Source of the DNA: the human T2T-CHM13v2.0 reference genome, Homo sapiens
Length of the DNA stretch: 64,000 nt
Assembly (NCBI RefSeq): GCF_009914755.1
Contig: NC_060928.1
Strand: one strand, 5' to 3'
Part shown: in pieces, positions 42,515 to 57,494 of the stretch
Numbering within the stretch: the first letter of the stretch is position 1
Layout of the letters: every line of letters begins with the position of its first letter
Notes under the pieces: model-generated
What the model was told of the DNA's origin: nothing
Database searches by the model: none
What the model saw: only the letters and a program-made list of their open reading frames with translations
Translations under genes and position numbers: made by a program

Positions 42515-44064
42515 TAATGATGATTTGCTTTTTGAAAGGATCATTGAAGGTTGCCCTCATGTTCTATAAATACTACCCAGGGATATGTCTCACCAATTAT
42601 TGATACTCTCTGAGCATCTTGCGAATGTGCAGTTTGAAATTTTTATACTTATCTGTGCATTAAGTCAGTAGAATTTTGTACAGGCTATTCTCTAACTCCT
42701 TGAGATATGGCCATTAATGTGTAACAAATATGTAGTGGTAAGACTACCACTAATTACCCACTCTAGGGAATTTATCCAAAGAAAATAATTCAACAGAGGA
42801 AAATTTCATTTACAAACATTAATTGCAGTATTATTTATAATTGCAAACCATTACAAATATCCTAAATGTCCAACAGATAAATATTTTTATATCTATACAG
42901 ATGAATGTTTTGTAGGCATAAGCTTGTATTTATGAAGATAATTTGATGATAAATATGAAGATATTTATAAAATCATGTGAACTGATAAAAGCACAATGTG
43001 GTCTTAATAATATAAGAAATATACAAACATTTTAAATTTGTTAGAAGGACAAATGGACTTAGTCTGGATAGGTTTTCTAATTGTAAATTGATTTTTTTCT
43101 TTAAAAATGCTCTGTACCAATGTTATACAGTTGCATAAAATAAAGTCAGTCTAATCATCTGGTTTACGATACTACAGAAATAGCAGAATACTACCTCTAT
43201 CAGATAACTGCCCATGTTTTTGGAGCATGTCTAGTTAAAATGATAGGATCATATTTGAGTTTATTCTCTCCTGGGTAAGTACTGCACAGTAAAGACAAAG
43301 AGATGAGATCTATGGCAATTTATACAGGTAAAAGAATCTAAGATACATGAATGATAACATTCTATTCAAAACTGAGTCAGAAGTGCTTGGGTAAGATAAT
43401 ATTGACTGCTATTATTGAGCCTGCATCTGTCCTTCACTGTGCCTTATATTTATTATGTCACCTAATTGCCACAATTATGTTATGTGATTGCTATTCTTAT
43501 GAGCTCTATATTATCGATGAGGAAACCAATTCGTAAAGAAATTGACTTGCCTGAATTGCAGAGCAAGTAAATGTCCTAACCATATTTAAAGCCAGTTCTG
43601 TGTAGCCCCAGACCCTTTGACTTTAGCCACTATACAGTAGTAGTTATAGCATGAGCTTTGATTTCAGGTTCAAGTTAATCTTGATGAGCATAGGCATGCT
43701 TTTTCATTCCTGCCAACTTCAGATTTCTCTTGGTAAAATGAAATAATTGGAACACCTTTTTCCAAAGAAGTGTTCTGAGGCTTAGCAATATAAAACTTGT
43801 CATTTCATCCGTTCATTCAGCCAAAATTCATCAAACAGCAACTTTGTACCAATTCTTCAACTGTAGCTAGGAGATACTATGATGACTCAAAGAAGAGATA
43901 AAGACTTAATCAAAATACTTATGCAAATTAATGCATAATTGCCAAGTGTGTGAAGTATTATGAAAGAAAAATAAGTGGGGGGGATGTCTTTAATACTTCA
44001 GGGATTGGATAAGTCTTCCCTGCGGAAATGCTACATCATCTGAGATCTGAAAGATAAGTAGAAA

Positions 44065-44687
<623 letters not shown>

Positions 44688-45135
44688 GAAAATTCTTAAA
44701 CAGACAGCATGTGAGCTTCTCTGGCAGAGCACTGCATGCGTAAAGACCCTGAAGCAGGAGATGTGTGTTTGTCGAATCAAAATTAGGCAAGTAAATGACC
44801 TTCTGTTTCTAAAGCAAAAGAGCAGCATAAAATGATGCCAGAGAGAGGAGCATGGGCCACAAAATGAAGAGCCCTTTCGACCATTTAAATGATGTTGATT
44901 TTTTTTTTCTTTCCTTAGAGGAATGTAAGTCATTTAAGGTTTTTGACTAAAGCAAGAACCTAATCAGATTTGAGTTTGAAAAGAATGGAGAAACAGTGAG
45001 GGATGATAGAAGTGGGGAGATAAATTAGCAAATGCCGTGTGGGGGCGGGGCGGTGGATACAAGTAGACTAGACTAAAGCCAGACTCTGAGGATTTCAAAC
45101 ATTTAATCATTGAAGCCAGCTGAGCAACTTCATAA

Positions 45136-45836
45136 TGAAACCACCTTTGCAAAAGTTATATCTGCGAGAAAATTTTAACAACAAGCTAACCTAACCCACC
45201 CCCCATCTTGCCTTTCCCTAAATTATTCCTGGGCTATTGGATCAAGCTAACTTTAAAAGACATTTAGGCTACAGTTTAAATGATAATTGTCTTTCCCAAA
45301 ACTCAGCAGCTTTTGTAAAGCTAACAGGAGGCCTCCAGGCTACGGGGAGAGGAGTGTGAGTCCTGCTAAGATGCGGACATTATTCCGGAGGTTGTAAGAC
45401 ACGCAACTTTCCCCAATTCCTCTTGCAAAATAACACCAGTATTGTAGACTGGCCTGTTAAGATAGCTTGTCAGGTTTCTTTGCATGTCTGACACACATGG
45501 CTCCACCTGGACCCGATGACTCCACCTGAACCGACAACCCCTCTCCTGTGGCCCCACCCAGAAGCAATTCAGCCAGCAAGGGTTTCAACCCCGCTATGAT
45601 TTCATCTCTGCCCCAAACAATCAGCAGCAAGCACCTGTTAACTGACCACCCCTACCCCTTCCCCCAAGCTGCCTTTGAAAAGCCCCTAACCTAAGAGCTT
45701 TGAAGGAGATGATTCGAGTACGAACTCCATCTCCCACATGGCATGGCTGGCCTCCTGTCTATTAAACTCTTTCTCTACTACAATGCCATGGTCTTTCTTT
45801 ATGCAGTGGGCAGGAAGGAACTCTTGGGCAGTTACA
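45136..45836 (+). mobile_element. LTR26/LTR8-group ERV1 solo LTR
   Basis: TGAAACCACCTTTGCAAAA...GGGCAGTTACA; ATTAAA poly(A) signal 45761; degenerate TSD ataa/acga. Confidence 0.82.
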
Positions 45837-46089
45837 ACGAAGAGCAGCTAGAGAGACAAGGGAAAACCAAGGCTGGACAGTGTAAGAGAAACCAAGGGCT
45901 TCAATTCTGAAGGTGTAATGAATTATAATGGAAAATAACTTTGTTTTTATTGTCCCCACGGATTTATGTTCTGGTTCTGCTTCTGATCTGATTTTGTCTG
46001 TTCCACTTTTACGTTTTCCTTTTCAAGTAACAATTATTACCATTAAACTTTGGAGTAATTTCCAAGGATATACTTTTTATAATTTTAAT

Positions 46090-46393
46090 TTATTTTATGT
46101 TATTTTATTTTTTGAGACAGGATCTCACCTGATCACCCAGGCTGGAGTGCAGTGGAGCAATCATATCTCACTGGAGCCTTGAATTCCTGGGATCAAGTGA
46201 TCCTTCTGCCTCAACCTCCCAAGTAGTTGGGACTACAGGGATGTGCCACCACACTTGGTTAATTATTTTATTTTTAGTGAAGGTGAGTTATTGCTATGTT
46301 GCCCAGGCTTGTCTTGAACTCCTGGCCTCAAACAATCCTTTTGCCTCAGCCTCCCAAATCACTCGGATTACAGGCATGAGCCACCACATCTGG
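46090..46393 (-). mobile_element. AluJ SINE
   Basis: Diverged reverse dimer. Confidence 0.88.
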
Positions 46394-46841
46394 CTTCCTT
46401 TTTTATAATGTACAACCCTTACTAGAAATGATGAAAACAGAAGACATTTAGTATCAACATGGAAAACAAAACCAAATCCATTTCTACTGAGTTTGGATTT
46501 TTCCTGTGTTTTGACAGTTAGAAAAAGTCTAAGGTTATTATTTTCAAGGATGACCAGATGTTTACTCCTTATAAATGTGACTTTAAAACTCACTATGTGA
46601 AATAAGAAAATAGACGTGTACCTCTGGAATTTTAGGTGAAGTTTAGTAAACTGAACAAAGTTGAATTAGCTCACTTATTTTTTGAATTGCCTCCCAGATA
46701 ATTGTATAGCTTATGAATAAAATATGTAGTCCTATTTTCAGATGCACTCGAACCAGAGCAACTTCATCTTGAGTGAGGGTTAGGAAAAAAATGAGTCAGG
46801 GACTTGCTGGGCTGGATTCTCAGAAAGATAGGTATTCCTAA

Positions 46842-47549
46842 TGAGAGAGGAGAGAGGAAGGAACCAGTTAGGCAGATAGTTAGGACAAGGCCCCTGATAG
46901 AAGTCTTTCCAACAAAAGAGCAGCCTGGAAGCAATCAAGCTGCAAGCGCAGATAAGGAAGCAAGGTCCAATGCCTTTGTCTCTTGTGCAACCAGTGAAAT
47001 CTGCCTATACATGGTGGGCTTCAGTGAGCACTTTCCTCTCCTTTTTGGGCATACTCAGATAAGGGAACTTGTACAGAGGGGCTTGCCTAAGACAGACCTG
47101 CAGCCATATAGATAAGAAAAATTACACAGAACCAAACACACCTGCAGTGGAATATTCCATCTCCTTACACATACACAGTAAGGGAAATAAAACAACATGG
47201 AGTAACTCAGGCTAAGGACCCAAATGTGCACTAGAAGGATGGAATGGAGCTAACAAGAATTCATCCCTTATGCAAATAAGACATCCAGCCCTAACTGGTT
47301 TTTTGTGCCTCATGTAAATAAAACCCTCTGCCCCTGTAACTTGTTTATAAAAGCCTTTGCATTCAACTGTGAAATGGCAACTCTTTTGGGCCCCTTCTCC
47401 ACTGTGGAGAGCTTTCCTCTTTAGCTTATTGAACTTTGCTCCAACCTCACCCTTGGTGGCTATGCTCCTTAATTTTCTTAGTCATGAGACAAAGAACTCC
47501 AGTAATACTTCAGACAACGAGACTCCTCCAGTGACTGTAGACTGCTTCA
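46842..47549 (+). mobile_element. MER50-type solo LTR nested in the MER41 5' LTR
   Basis: TGAGAGAGGAGAGAGGAAGG...GACTGCTTCA; TSD ctaa/ctag; removing it restores ggtattcctagcctctag seen in the 3' LTR. Confidence 0.85.
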
Positions 47550-47687
47550 CTAGCCTCTAGATGTTTACAATTAAGGGAACAGATTGATAACATTTACTAA
47601 ACATACTCAGACTTAGGAGTGTCCTGATGTCGCTATATCTTCACAACAGAAGCATTCCTAATTTTGCTTTAAAGATAATAATATTGA

Positions 47688-48061
<374 letters not shown>

Positions 48062-51000
48062 TTACCATAAACCCTTGTAGCAGAGCATATTTCCCCATGG
48101 TCTTTTTAAATTTTTATCCTGTATATAAATAAGCATTGTACCTAGGGTGGACATGTTCCTGCTCTTACTTTTGGGAACGACCTACTCTGTCTATGGAGTA
48201 GCTGTTCTTTCACCACTTCACTGTCTTAATAAATTTGCTTTTGCTTTGCACTGTTGACTTGCCCTGAATTCTTTCTCGCATGAGTTCCAAGAACCCACTC
48301 TTGCAGTTTGGATCAGGACTCCTTTCCTGTAACGTCTTTCTGGTGACCACGAAAGGATGGTACTGAAAAAAAAAAAAAAAAACTCAACCCAAGGGAAATA
48401 GACTGAAGCACTGATTGGTAGACTTTGGGTAAATATTGAGATACCCAAATAAAAGATGGGATTGGGTTAGAGGCCCAATTTAGGGGAGTTAGAATCTCTC
48501 CTAAGACAGAGAAGGTTAAAGGCCTCTCTTAATAAAAGACAAGGATGTTTGACCGAACTTGGGTTCGAAGCCCAACTTAGAAAGGTTAGAGTAATTCCTA
48601 AGATTTAGGGGGTTAGAGGCCCCTCTCAGTAAAGTCCCTCTTGTCTAAGAATGGGTTTGGCACTATGGGATGCTAACTGCTATTCTCTTTGGGTTATTCT
48701 GCCTTGCAGTTTTTGCTGACGGGTATGGGTGACAGAATTAGGCATGTACAGGATGGTGAGACATGGGGAGCTCTTTCCTTCCTAAAAATGAAAACTGGAG
48801 AGCTAATGGAACTGCTGCAAAAGATCCCTTTGCTACTGACAAGTGGCCGCCTGAACTTTTTAGTTTTGCTGCAATGCGTGTGTCTTTCTCTGGCCTCCTT
48901 GAGCACTTTGCCCTCCTGACCCTGCCACATGCAAAGCTTTTCTCTCTCTCTTTCTCTTTTCTATCTTTTCTTTTACTGAGGGCGACCATCTTGCCCAGAG
49001 ACTGCATGTTGAAACTCATGGTCAGAGGTTGCATTAACGATGATCGGGCCCAACCGGGGGCAAGTTTGAGCCTTGCCTGTTTGATATTGGGTGCTAAACA
49101 GAGTGGTTAATGTCTATGTTTTGTCACATGTAGTTTGCTCTGGACAGAATGGAAACAGATAATTTTCCTTTGTATTGTGGCTTGGCCCCCAGGGCTCTGG
49201 TGCAGTGAGCCAGGTCACTAGGGCTGCTCAGGGAAAGGCAACCCAGAAACTTGTCATGCTGGCAAAAGAATTTCTTACCAGTCAAACTTCTGGCCTCTCT
49301 CTCCCTCTGAACAAATGGTAAAAATCACTGTTTATCTCTGTAAAGTTCTGATTAATGGGAAAAAAGATTCATGAGGCTAATTTAAGCTGTGGTGGATCTG
49401 GTGAACTTTGTTTGTCTTTCTGTATTGTTCTGTCATAATGAAGGGTACCTTAGGATAGAATGCAGGCCTAGGACTCCTATAAGCCTGCTGTTCAAGATGG
49501 CCCAGCAAACTGGTCAGTCCTGTCCTTGGGAGCTTGACCTTGTAACCATGTGGCCATGCTTTCTCTTTTCACAATGGTGGCCCGGGGTCAGGGTTCAATT
49601 CCTGGCTTAGGGAATGGTCCTTTATCTTCTGCCTGTCTTTGGATTTATATGTGTTATGTGTGTGATGTTTATATATGAAAGAGCTTTAATTAATTGGTTT
49701 AAGAATAATAAGAGCTTAAATCAAATATTTTAAAAGAAAAATAAAAATTGTAATGCCTTTTAGTCCACAGGAGTTTAATAATCTTTGGGAAATAAAAACA
49801 GCTTTAAAGATTATTAAAAATGAAGACATTTGGTCTAAATTAGGTAGGTCAGATGTTAAGTTTGTTAAATGCCTTAAGGTCATAAACTGCTTCTTTGACT
49901 TAAAAAAAAGTTGTTCAACTTATTTTGGAGGGTTAGATTCTAGATAAGGCCTGGGGACATGTGGTGTTAGCCATGCCCCCTAGCTATGCTGTAAAAAGTC
50001 AGACCTTATCTGGTGTCCTAAGCTCCACACCTAGTATATAATTAAAATTGATTACTTAGCAAGGTTTTCACCAAACATAAAAGTCACTAAGCATTAATAG
50101 TATAACAGTATTTGAGACTACTGAAGAAACAGTTTTACATGCAAGGTGTGTGAGGAAAGTGAAATGTGTTTGTGATAAAAGATTATAAAATGTCATGAGA
50201 ATGTAGATTTCTTGCCTAAATTAAAGGGTTAACAGATTGTGGTAAGTTAGATAGAATAAAGCTGAAGGTTTGAAAAAATTGTGCAAGGTTTGTGAAAAAT
50301 TAATCTCATGAAAGAAATTCTGTGTGTGAACATATTGGCTAATGTTAAAGGGGTATTCAGTTTTTCCTTAAATTGAGCATTGGAATAAAGCACAACAGGT
50401 TTTTCTTAGAGCACTGATTTGCTCTTTAACAAAAATTTGTAAAGAGTTATAAAAGGTTTATTGGAATATTACCTTATGGTCATACTGATTAAAACTGAGT
50501 AGATTTATCTATGATGTTTTATTAAGAATTGGGTTTAACATCAACAGTACACTAATGCAAAGGTGAAATTTGGCTTATTTGGTATAAAAGTAATACAGGA
50601 AACATTGTCAAATATAAAATTGGCTTTCTTTGGGCTGTATTTGTATAAATATGTTATTGGTATTTGTTCCAAAATTATAAAGACTTCTATAATTCTAATA
50701 TGGCTTAGCGTATGTTATTAATAGTTGTAAGTGTTAGGTAAAATTTTGTATGACACAGAAGTAACCAAATTTCCTTATCAACTGTGGCTTTAATTGTGGC
50801 TGTCTTACAAGTTTTTGCCATCCACAGACAATTACCTTGTGTTGGTCCTCTTCAAATGTGGTTTACAATAAGCTACCAGGATTTGATAGATGTTCTTAAA
50901 TGCAAATTTGTGATAACTTTGGAGATTGTGACATTAGAATACAGAAAAAAACTTTCAGGGGTCTCATGAAGACCTGAAATGTTCATGACTATCAAGTAGA

Positions 51001-54000
51001 ACAGGAATTAATTACATGGACTGAACTAATAGGAGACTGAAGTAATCTTTTTGACTTTTTTCTTAAAACAGTGCTGATCCCTTGTTTTGTTTTTCTGAGT
51101 TGAGGAAACTTTTTAGTTATTTACAGCTTGTAACAATTGAGTAAAGTATACTCCTGTGAACAAAGTTTGGAGCATATTTATTTCTCTCTACCTGATTTCT
51201 CCAGAATTTGGAAACTATTTGTGAGTATTCTCAATTTATGGCATAGTTATTTGCATAAGAGCAATAAGAATTTTTTTTTCTTTGCACAAGACACAATTGG
51301 AGAAATTGCTTATTTTGCCAAAGTTTGAGGGGAATGGTATGCTTTCTTTTAAGGAATCAAACTTGACAAAGCCAATTAAAGCCTCTTGGGAAAACTAGCC
51401 TCATACCTTGTCTACCTAGTCCCTGTACAGAATTCCTGTACAGGGTTTCTGACCTGTAGTAAATAAAGAATGTCACTTTTTGACAGGCCCGGGAGCCCCA
51501 AGTTATCTTGGGACCTCAAGAGGAGAGGAGTTTACTCAACTCATATGTATTTGAAGGTACAGACCTATGGCAGGGCTTGGCTTTAAAAAAGTCTTATTTG
51601 AGATTCCTTCTATGGAACAGTTTCATCAAAGCCAATTCTTTAAAAAGCTTATGTGAAAAATAATTATTCTTGCTTCACTTTATACAAATAATCAGGCCAA
51701 TTATAATAAAGCAAATTGGTCTTACCATGATTTGTCTTTAGTAAAAATGGGAGGCTGGAGAGAGAAATTATGTTTCAAAAACTATGGTACACTTACTATT
51801 AGATTCTCGTCTCATTTGTTGTTTTTGTGTTTGTTTCTGAAATTTAGGCTAATCACTGGTTGGTTCAATGGAATATGCAATTTAATAACCTTGTTTATTC
51901 CAGTGAACCAACCAGTGATCTCTGACTGCAGCTCAGAAGAAACAAGAGAAATGGGTAATGTAAAACTCTAGATCAATATTCTAATTCTGAACACATATTG
52001 GAATCAGCCAGCAACCCTACATCAGCTTGTTTCCAACAACTGCCCAGTTCTTAGAAAGCCTTCCTGTTTAGTTTGCTTGGAATGATTTTACTTATTTTAC
52101 TTTCACTGTGATTGTACTCTTTGTATAGAAATGCAAGATAAGCTTACTCAGTGCTTTCTTAAATTGGACACTTATTAATCTTCCAGATATCACCTTTTGT
52201 TGGAACTAGAAGTTATGAACAACCCTCACCATACCAACACTTTCTGACTGTGCTCCTCTCTACCCTGAATGGAAGAGACCCAATAGTTAGGCAGGAATAT
52301 CATTGCCCCTATTCAACCTTAAGAAGCTACAGAAGACAGATCTTCATTGGTCTGCAATGCTTAGGATTAACAGCCCTCCTGTAAAGGGAGGAGGGAAATA
52401 CGTCAGAGGCATTTGAACCAGAGCAACTCCATCCTGAGTGAGGGCTAGGAAAATGAGGCTGGGACTTGCTGGGTTGCATTCCCAGTAAGTTAGGTATTCC
52501 TAGCCTCTAGATGTTTACGGTTAAGGAAACAGATTGATACTGTTTGCTAAACAGACCCAACTTAGGAGTGTTCTAATATCCCGATATCTTGAGATCAGAA
52601 TATTCCTAATTTTGCTTTAAAGATAATAATATAGATCCTTGCAAAATAGAGTAATTAAGAAAATTAATACCTTACCACAAGCCCTGTGGCAGAACATATC
52701 ACCCCATGATTTTTTTATCCTATATATAAACAAGTATCAGACCTAGGGTGGATGCCTTCCTCCTCTTTCTTTCAGGAATGCCCTACTCTGTCTATGGAGT
52801 AGCTGTTCTTTCACTACTTTACTTTCTTAATAAACTTGGTTTTGCTTTGCACTGAGGACTCTCCCTGAATTTTTTATCATGTGAGATCCTAGAATCCTCT
52901 CTTGGGGTCTGGATCAGGACCCCTTTCTGGTAACACTATGATGAAATGGATAAAGTTAAATCAAACTGATATTTATGTTTTTTCTTTTCTGAGAAATTCA
53001 GTCCATAAAAGGTTTTATGTCACTTTCACTTTGTTCTATTGTTTGGTTTCTGAAGGTATTACTTTCTGAAAAGAAATCCCTAATCTCTTATGGATAGAGA
53101 ATATAACTTATTCTTTTACCCTATGAATTAATATTTAATTAAATTAGAAACTATGAGTTTGAATATTAATTTCCTTGTTTTTAGAATTTCTTCACAAAAT
53201 CAGAGTGTTCTCCTATTTTAATGCTCCAAAGGAAATTATGCTCCAAATCATAAATGAATTCAACCATTCTTTTGAAAACATCTTAATATCTGCACTCTAT
53301 TTCTTCCATTTTGAATATATTCTCATAGCTAGTAGTCTTGCTGTGGACAAGGAATAGGTATTAGAATTTGTGAGCAAATAAAGATATGCAGAACCATGGG
53401 TTCCTACTTTAAACTATCTTGAGCTTGTAGAATCTATATCATGTCAGGTGATAAAGAATAAACTGTTAACGTAGAAAGGAAACAAGAAAAACTGAGGGAA
53501 TTAACCTAATCAGTTATACATTTTAGTGCCTTGAGGAACTAAACTGTTTCATTCTTCATGAACCAAATGATATCTGCAAAAATGTTGTTCTTTCTTTGTT
53601 CCCTTTTGGTCTTATGATATTTCTCCTCATTGGCTTTTCAAGTCTTGCAAAAATTGGTGCTGTTGTTGTTGTTCCAAAATAGTTGCTGGCACATGCTATG
53701 TGGCAGACATTAAACTCAAACTAACACATCCTTACTGATTAGTTTCTAGTTTATGGTTGCTGAGGACTGAGCAGAGCTCTTCCAAAGCTTAATTTATAAA
53801 GCACTGAAAACTATAAGCGAGGGCATATTAAAATCTGTTCATATAAAAGTAAACTAACATTTGTGCCATATATCATAGGTGTAGAACCTGTATGATTAGA
53901 AATAGAACATCCAAACATCAACTGAATTATCCATTACTAATAAATAGTAAAATTGTGAGTAAAATATTAAAAATCCATATGTGTACAAATAGGAAAGCAA

Positions 54001-54729
54001 CAAAGAACAAAGTATTCTACTTTATTATTTAGAAAAAGATAATGAAAGGAGAGCAATACCTGTATCAATAGTTAAAATAATACTTAAGATAAATGTCTCA
54101 ATTTTCTCTTTCACATCGTTCTTTTCCCTACATCCTTTAATTATGAATTTCTTAATTAAGAATTTTATTTTAGTAGGTAAGATATATTCTTTGATTTATT
54201 AATTTTTTTCAGCAACTATTGCCTGAACATGTTCAATTTGTCAGATCCTCTACTAGGCTCTGGAAGTGCAACAGTGAACAAAAACAAACATCCCTTATAT
54301 GTACATGGTACTTTCAGTAAGGTTGTAAAGAAAGAACCAAATCAAATTATCTCTGAAATAAAGCCCACATTGTCCTTTTGCAAATACTGTAGGGGAAAGG
54401 TACATGTGGGGTTATAATGTTACCAAAGGGGTCAGGAAATGCTGACTCAACCACACTAAGGAGACTGACTACAGGAAAGAATGGACTCTACTGAGAGGGA
54501 AGTGGAAAGCATATCCAGCTGATGGAGTAGGGTCTGCAAAGAAGTGTGGTGGGCACAGGAAATCTAGATAATTTTACTCTGGATAGAGCAAAGGAGAAAA
54601 TGAGGATAAAAATCAAGCTACAGAGGTTGTTAAACACAGACCATGGAGAGCTTCTCAGGCTAGGTTAAGAATATTGTTTTCATGCCAAGAGTCATTGCAG
54701 GGCATTGAAATATTATGAGCACCTGATAG

Positions 54730-55050
<321 letters not shown>

Positions 55051-55414
55051 TGATTGAGTTTTGAAAGGAACACCATGACTGTACAGTGCAGAGTGGATGA
55101 CAAGGAGGACAATTTAGTTATGAATAAGCCAGTTGGAGGTTAGTTTCACATGTTTTGCAGGTGAAATGTAATATTCACTTTAACCAGAGTAATTGGAAAG
55201 CTCTTCAAAAGATGTATTAGAAAGTGGTCATATATTCTATACAAAAGCTTTTGAGAAATATCAGTGATTTTAGGTTTGCACAATATTTTTTGTCTCTGTT
55301 AGTCAGTGTGATAAATAAGGCTGGAGATTTTGAGGCTACAAGTGAACACCTTACTTGGATTTTGTACATGTTAAGTTTATTTACCATCAGAGAAGGATAA
55401 TTCTATTCTCAAGA

Positions 55415-55635
55415 GTGGGGTCAGAAAGCTACAGCCAAATCCAGACTCACTGCTGAGTAATTTTGTAAATATAGTTTATTGAATCACAGCCACACCCATT
55501 CATTAGTGCATCATCTTTTAATGTTTTTGCACAGTGGTGGAGTTGAATAGTTCCAACAGAGATTATATGGCCTGCAAAGCAGATAACATGTATTACCTGC
55601 TCCTTTACATAAGAAGTTTATTGACTCGTGCCCTA
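55415..55635. mobile_element. MER58-type DNA transposon remnant
   Basis: tttattgaatcacagccacacccattcatt...atatggcctgcaaagc; homologous to 27840-28050. Confidence 0.72.
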
Positions 55636-57108
55636 GAAAATGGAGATAATTTTATTTTTACTTTCTTTGTTACTCCCTGCGTTGATGTTTGTCACCAAAA
55701 AGGTAATCACTCCTAAGTAGCCACATTACTTAATGTATGTGTTCAAAAAATAAATTATTAAATCTCTACAGCTTGTAGGCACTGGTAATATTTAGGATGA
55801 TGCTCCTAGTTTAAGGTGACTCACGTGCATGAACGATTGAATCCAGTCAGTGTGAAAGTGCTATGTGATATAGCCAATCCCCTTCCAAACCATCTTTACC
55901 TAAAGAATATTCCCCAAATACAAAACAAATAAACACACAGAATCCATGTTTATAGCTTATAAGATTTTAGAAAATTACTGAAACATAACATAATTTTATT
56001 TCTTTGCATTAGTAGCTTTCATGTTTCTACAGTATCTACCCTGTAAAATAAACTCAGGCACAAACTGCCCATTGTCTCAGAGTGACAGGGCCAGAATTCT
56101 AACCCATCTTGTAATTAAGAAGCTGGGTCCCCTTGAACCCAATAATTGATTTAATGTACACCAATTTGTGAACAATATTGTTCACTAATGAAAGATCATT
56201 CTACTAGGATTTACTACTAGAATAAAGGTTTAACTGTGTATGTAGCCTTGTGAGCTCATTGCCTCATTTAGTTCAACCAATAATAATTAGAAAAATTATT
56301 TAAATATCTAATGCATACAATAGAGCAATAGATATTTCATTTCCCAGAAAAAAAGATTTTTTGAAGGCATAAACCATTAAAACTGTTTTGTCCTCCACAG
56401 CAGAGACTGCTCTTCTAATGTAAGGAATCTAGATGATTATGGAAGGAAAAGAAGTGCTGTCATTTCAATGAAAACTACTCCAGTAAGTCTCCTAAATAGT
56501 CAAAGGGATGAACCAAATTACTACTTACGTAGTTCCTTTCAGTTAAATCTTTATGAGCACCATGCTGCTTCCTTGAGGTATAAACATGTATCAAACACAA
56601 GGGAAAAGATATGTGTGAATAATATGGTTTGGAATAATGTCAGCATCACACTCCTCATATAATTAAAATACCTAATTGAATATGATCACATAAAGAAATA
56701 ACCACTTATTTCTAGAAATAAGTGGAAGGAAATACACCAAAATATTAACTTATTTTCTTTTGTGGAATTAGTGCATTTTTGTTCCTGTTTAATCTCTGTT
56801 TTCCAAATGTACTTTAATACAAATGTATTGCCTTTTTAATAGAAATATATTTTATGGAAAAAAGTAAAATATTAATAGATTCTTAAAAAGATTTGTGCAC
56901 ATTAAATTTAATCTCCATTGATTATCCAAGATAAATTGATATTATTGATTTATGAACTATTCTGAAAAAATACTTTCAAGGCTAGTAGGTGCAGGGAATG
57001 CACCAAATGATGCAAAGAAATAACTGTTAGGAAAACCCAAATCTTTTGCATTTCAATGCATTAAAAGGCATTCAATGATAATAGTTCTCCTGTATAAAAT
57101 AGCATAGT

Positions 57109-57494
57109 TGTCTTAGCCCATTTTTGTGCTGCTGTAAAAGAATACCTGAATCTGGCTAGCTTGAAATGGAAGAAATTTATTGGCTTACAATTCTGGAGGC
57201 TAGAAGTCCAAAACTGAGGGGCCAGCATCGGGAAGGGGCTTCTTGTTCATCAATCTGTATTGAGAGGGCAAAGAGAGGGCGAGAGAGAGCAGCAGTGGGC
57301 TAAACTCATCCTTTGATAAGGAACGCACTCCAGCGGTAATGAATCCACTCCTGCAATAACAACATTAATCCTCTCATAAGGACAGTGCCGCCATGACTCA
57401 AACACTTCTCTTTAGGTCCCACCTCCCAACACTGCCATATTGGGAGTCAATTTTCCAAAACATGTACTTTGGGGGAGACATTCAAACTATAGCA
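57109..57494 (-). mobile_element. MaLR solo LTR (MSTC/MLT1A-like)
   Basis: TGTCTTAGCCCATTTTTGTGCTGCTG...TTCAAACTATAGCA; TSD atagt/attgt. Confidence 0.85.
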
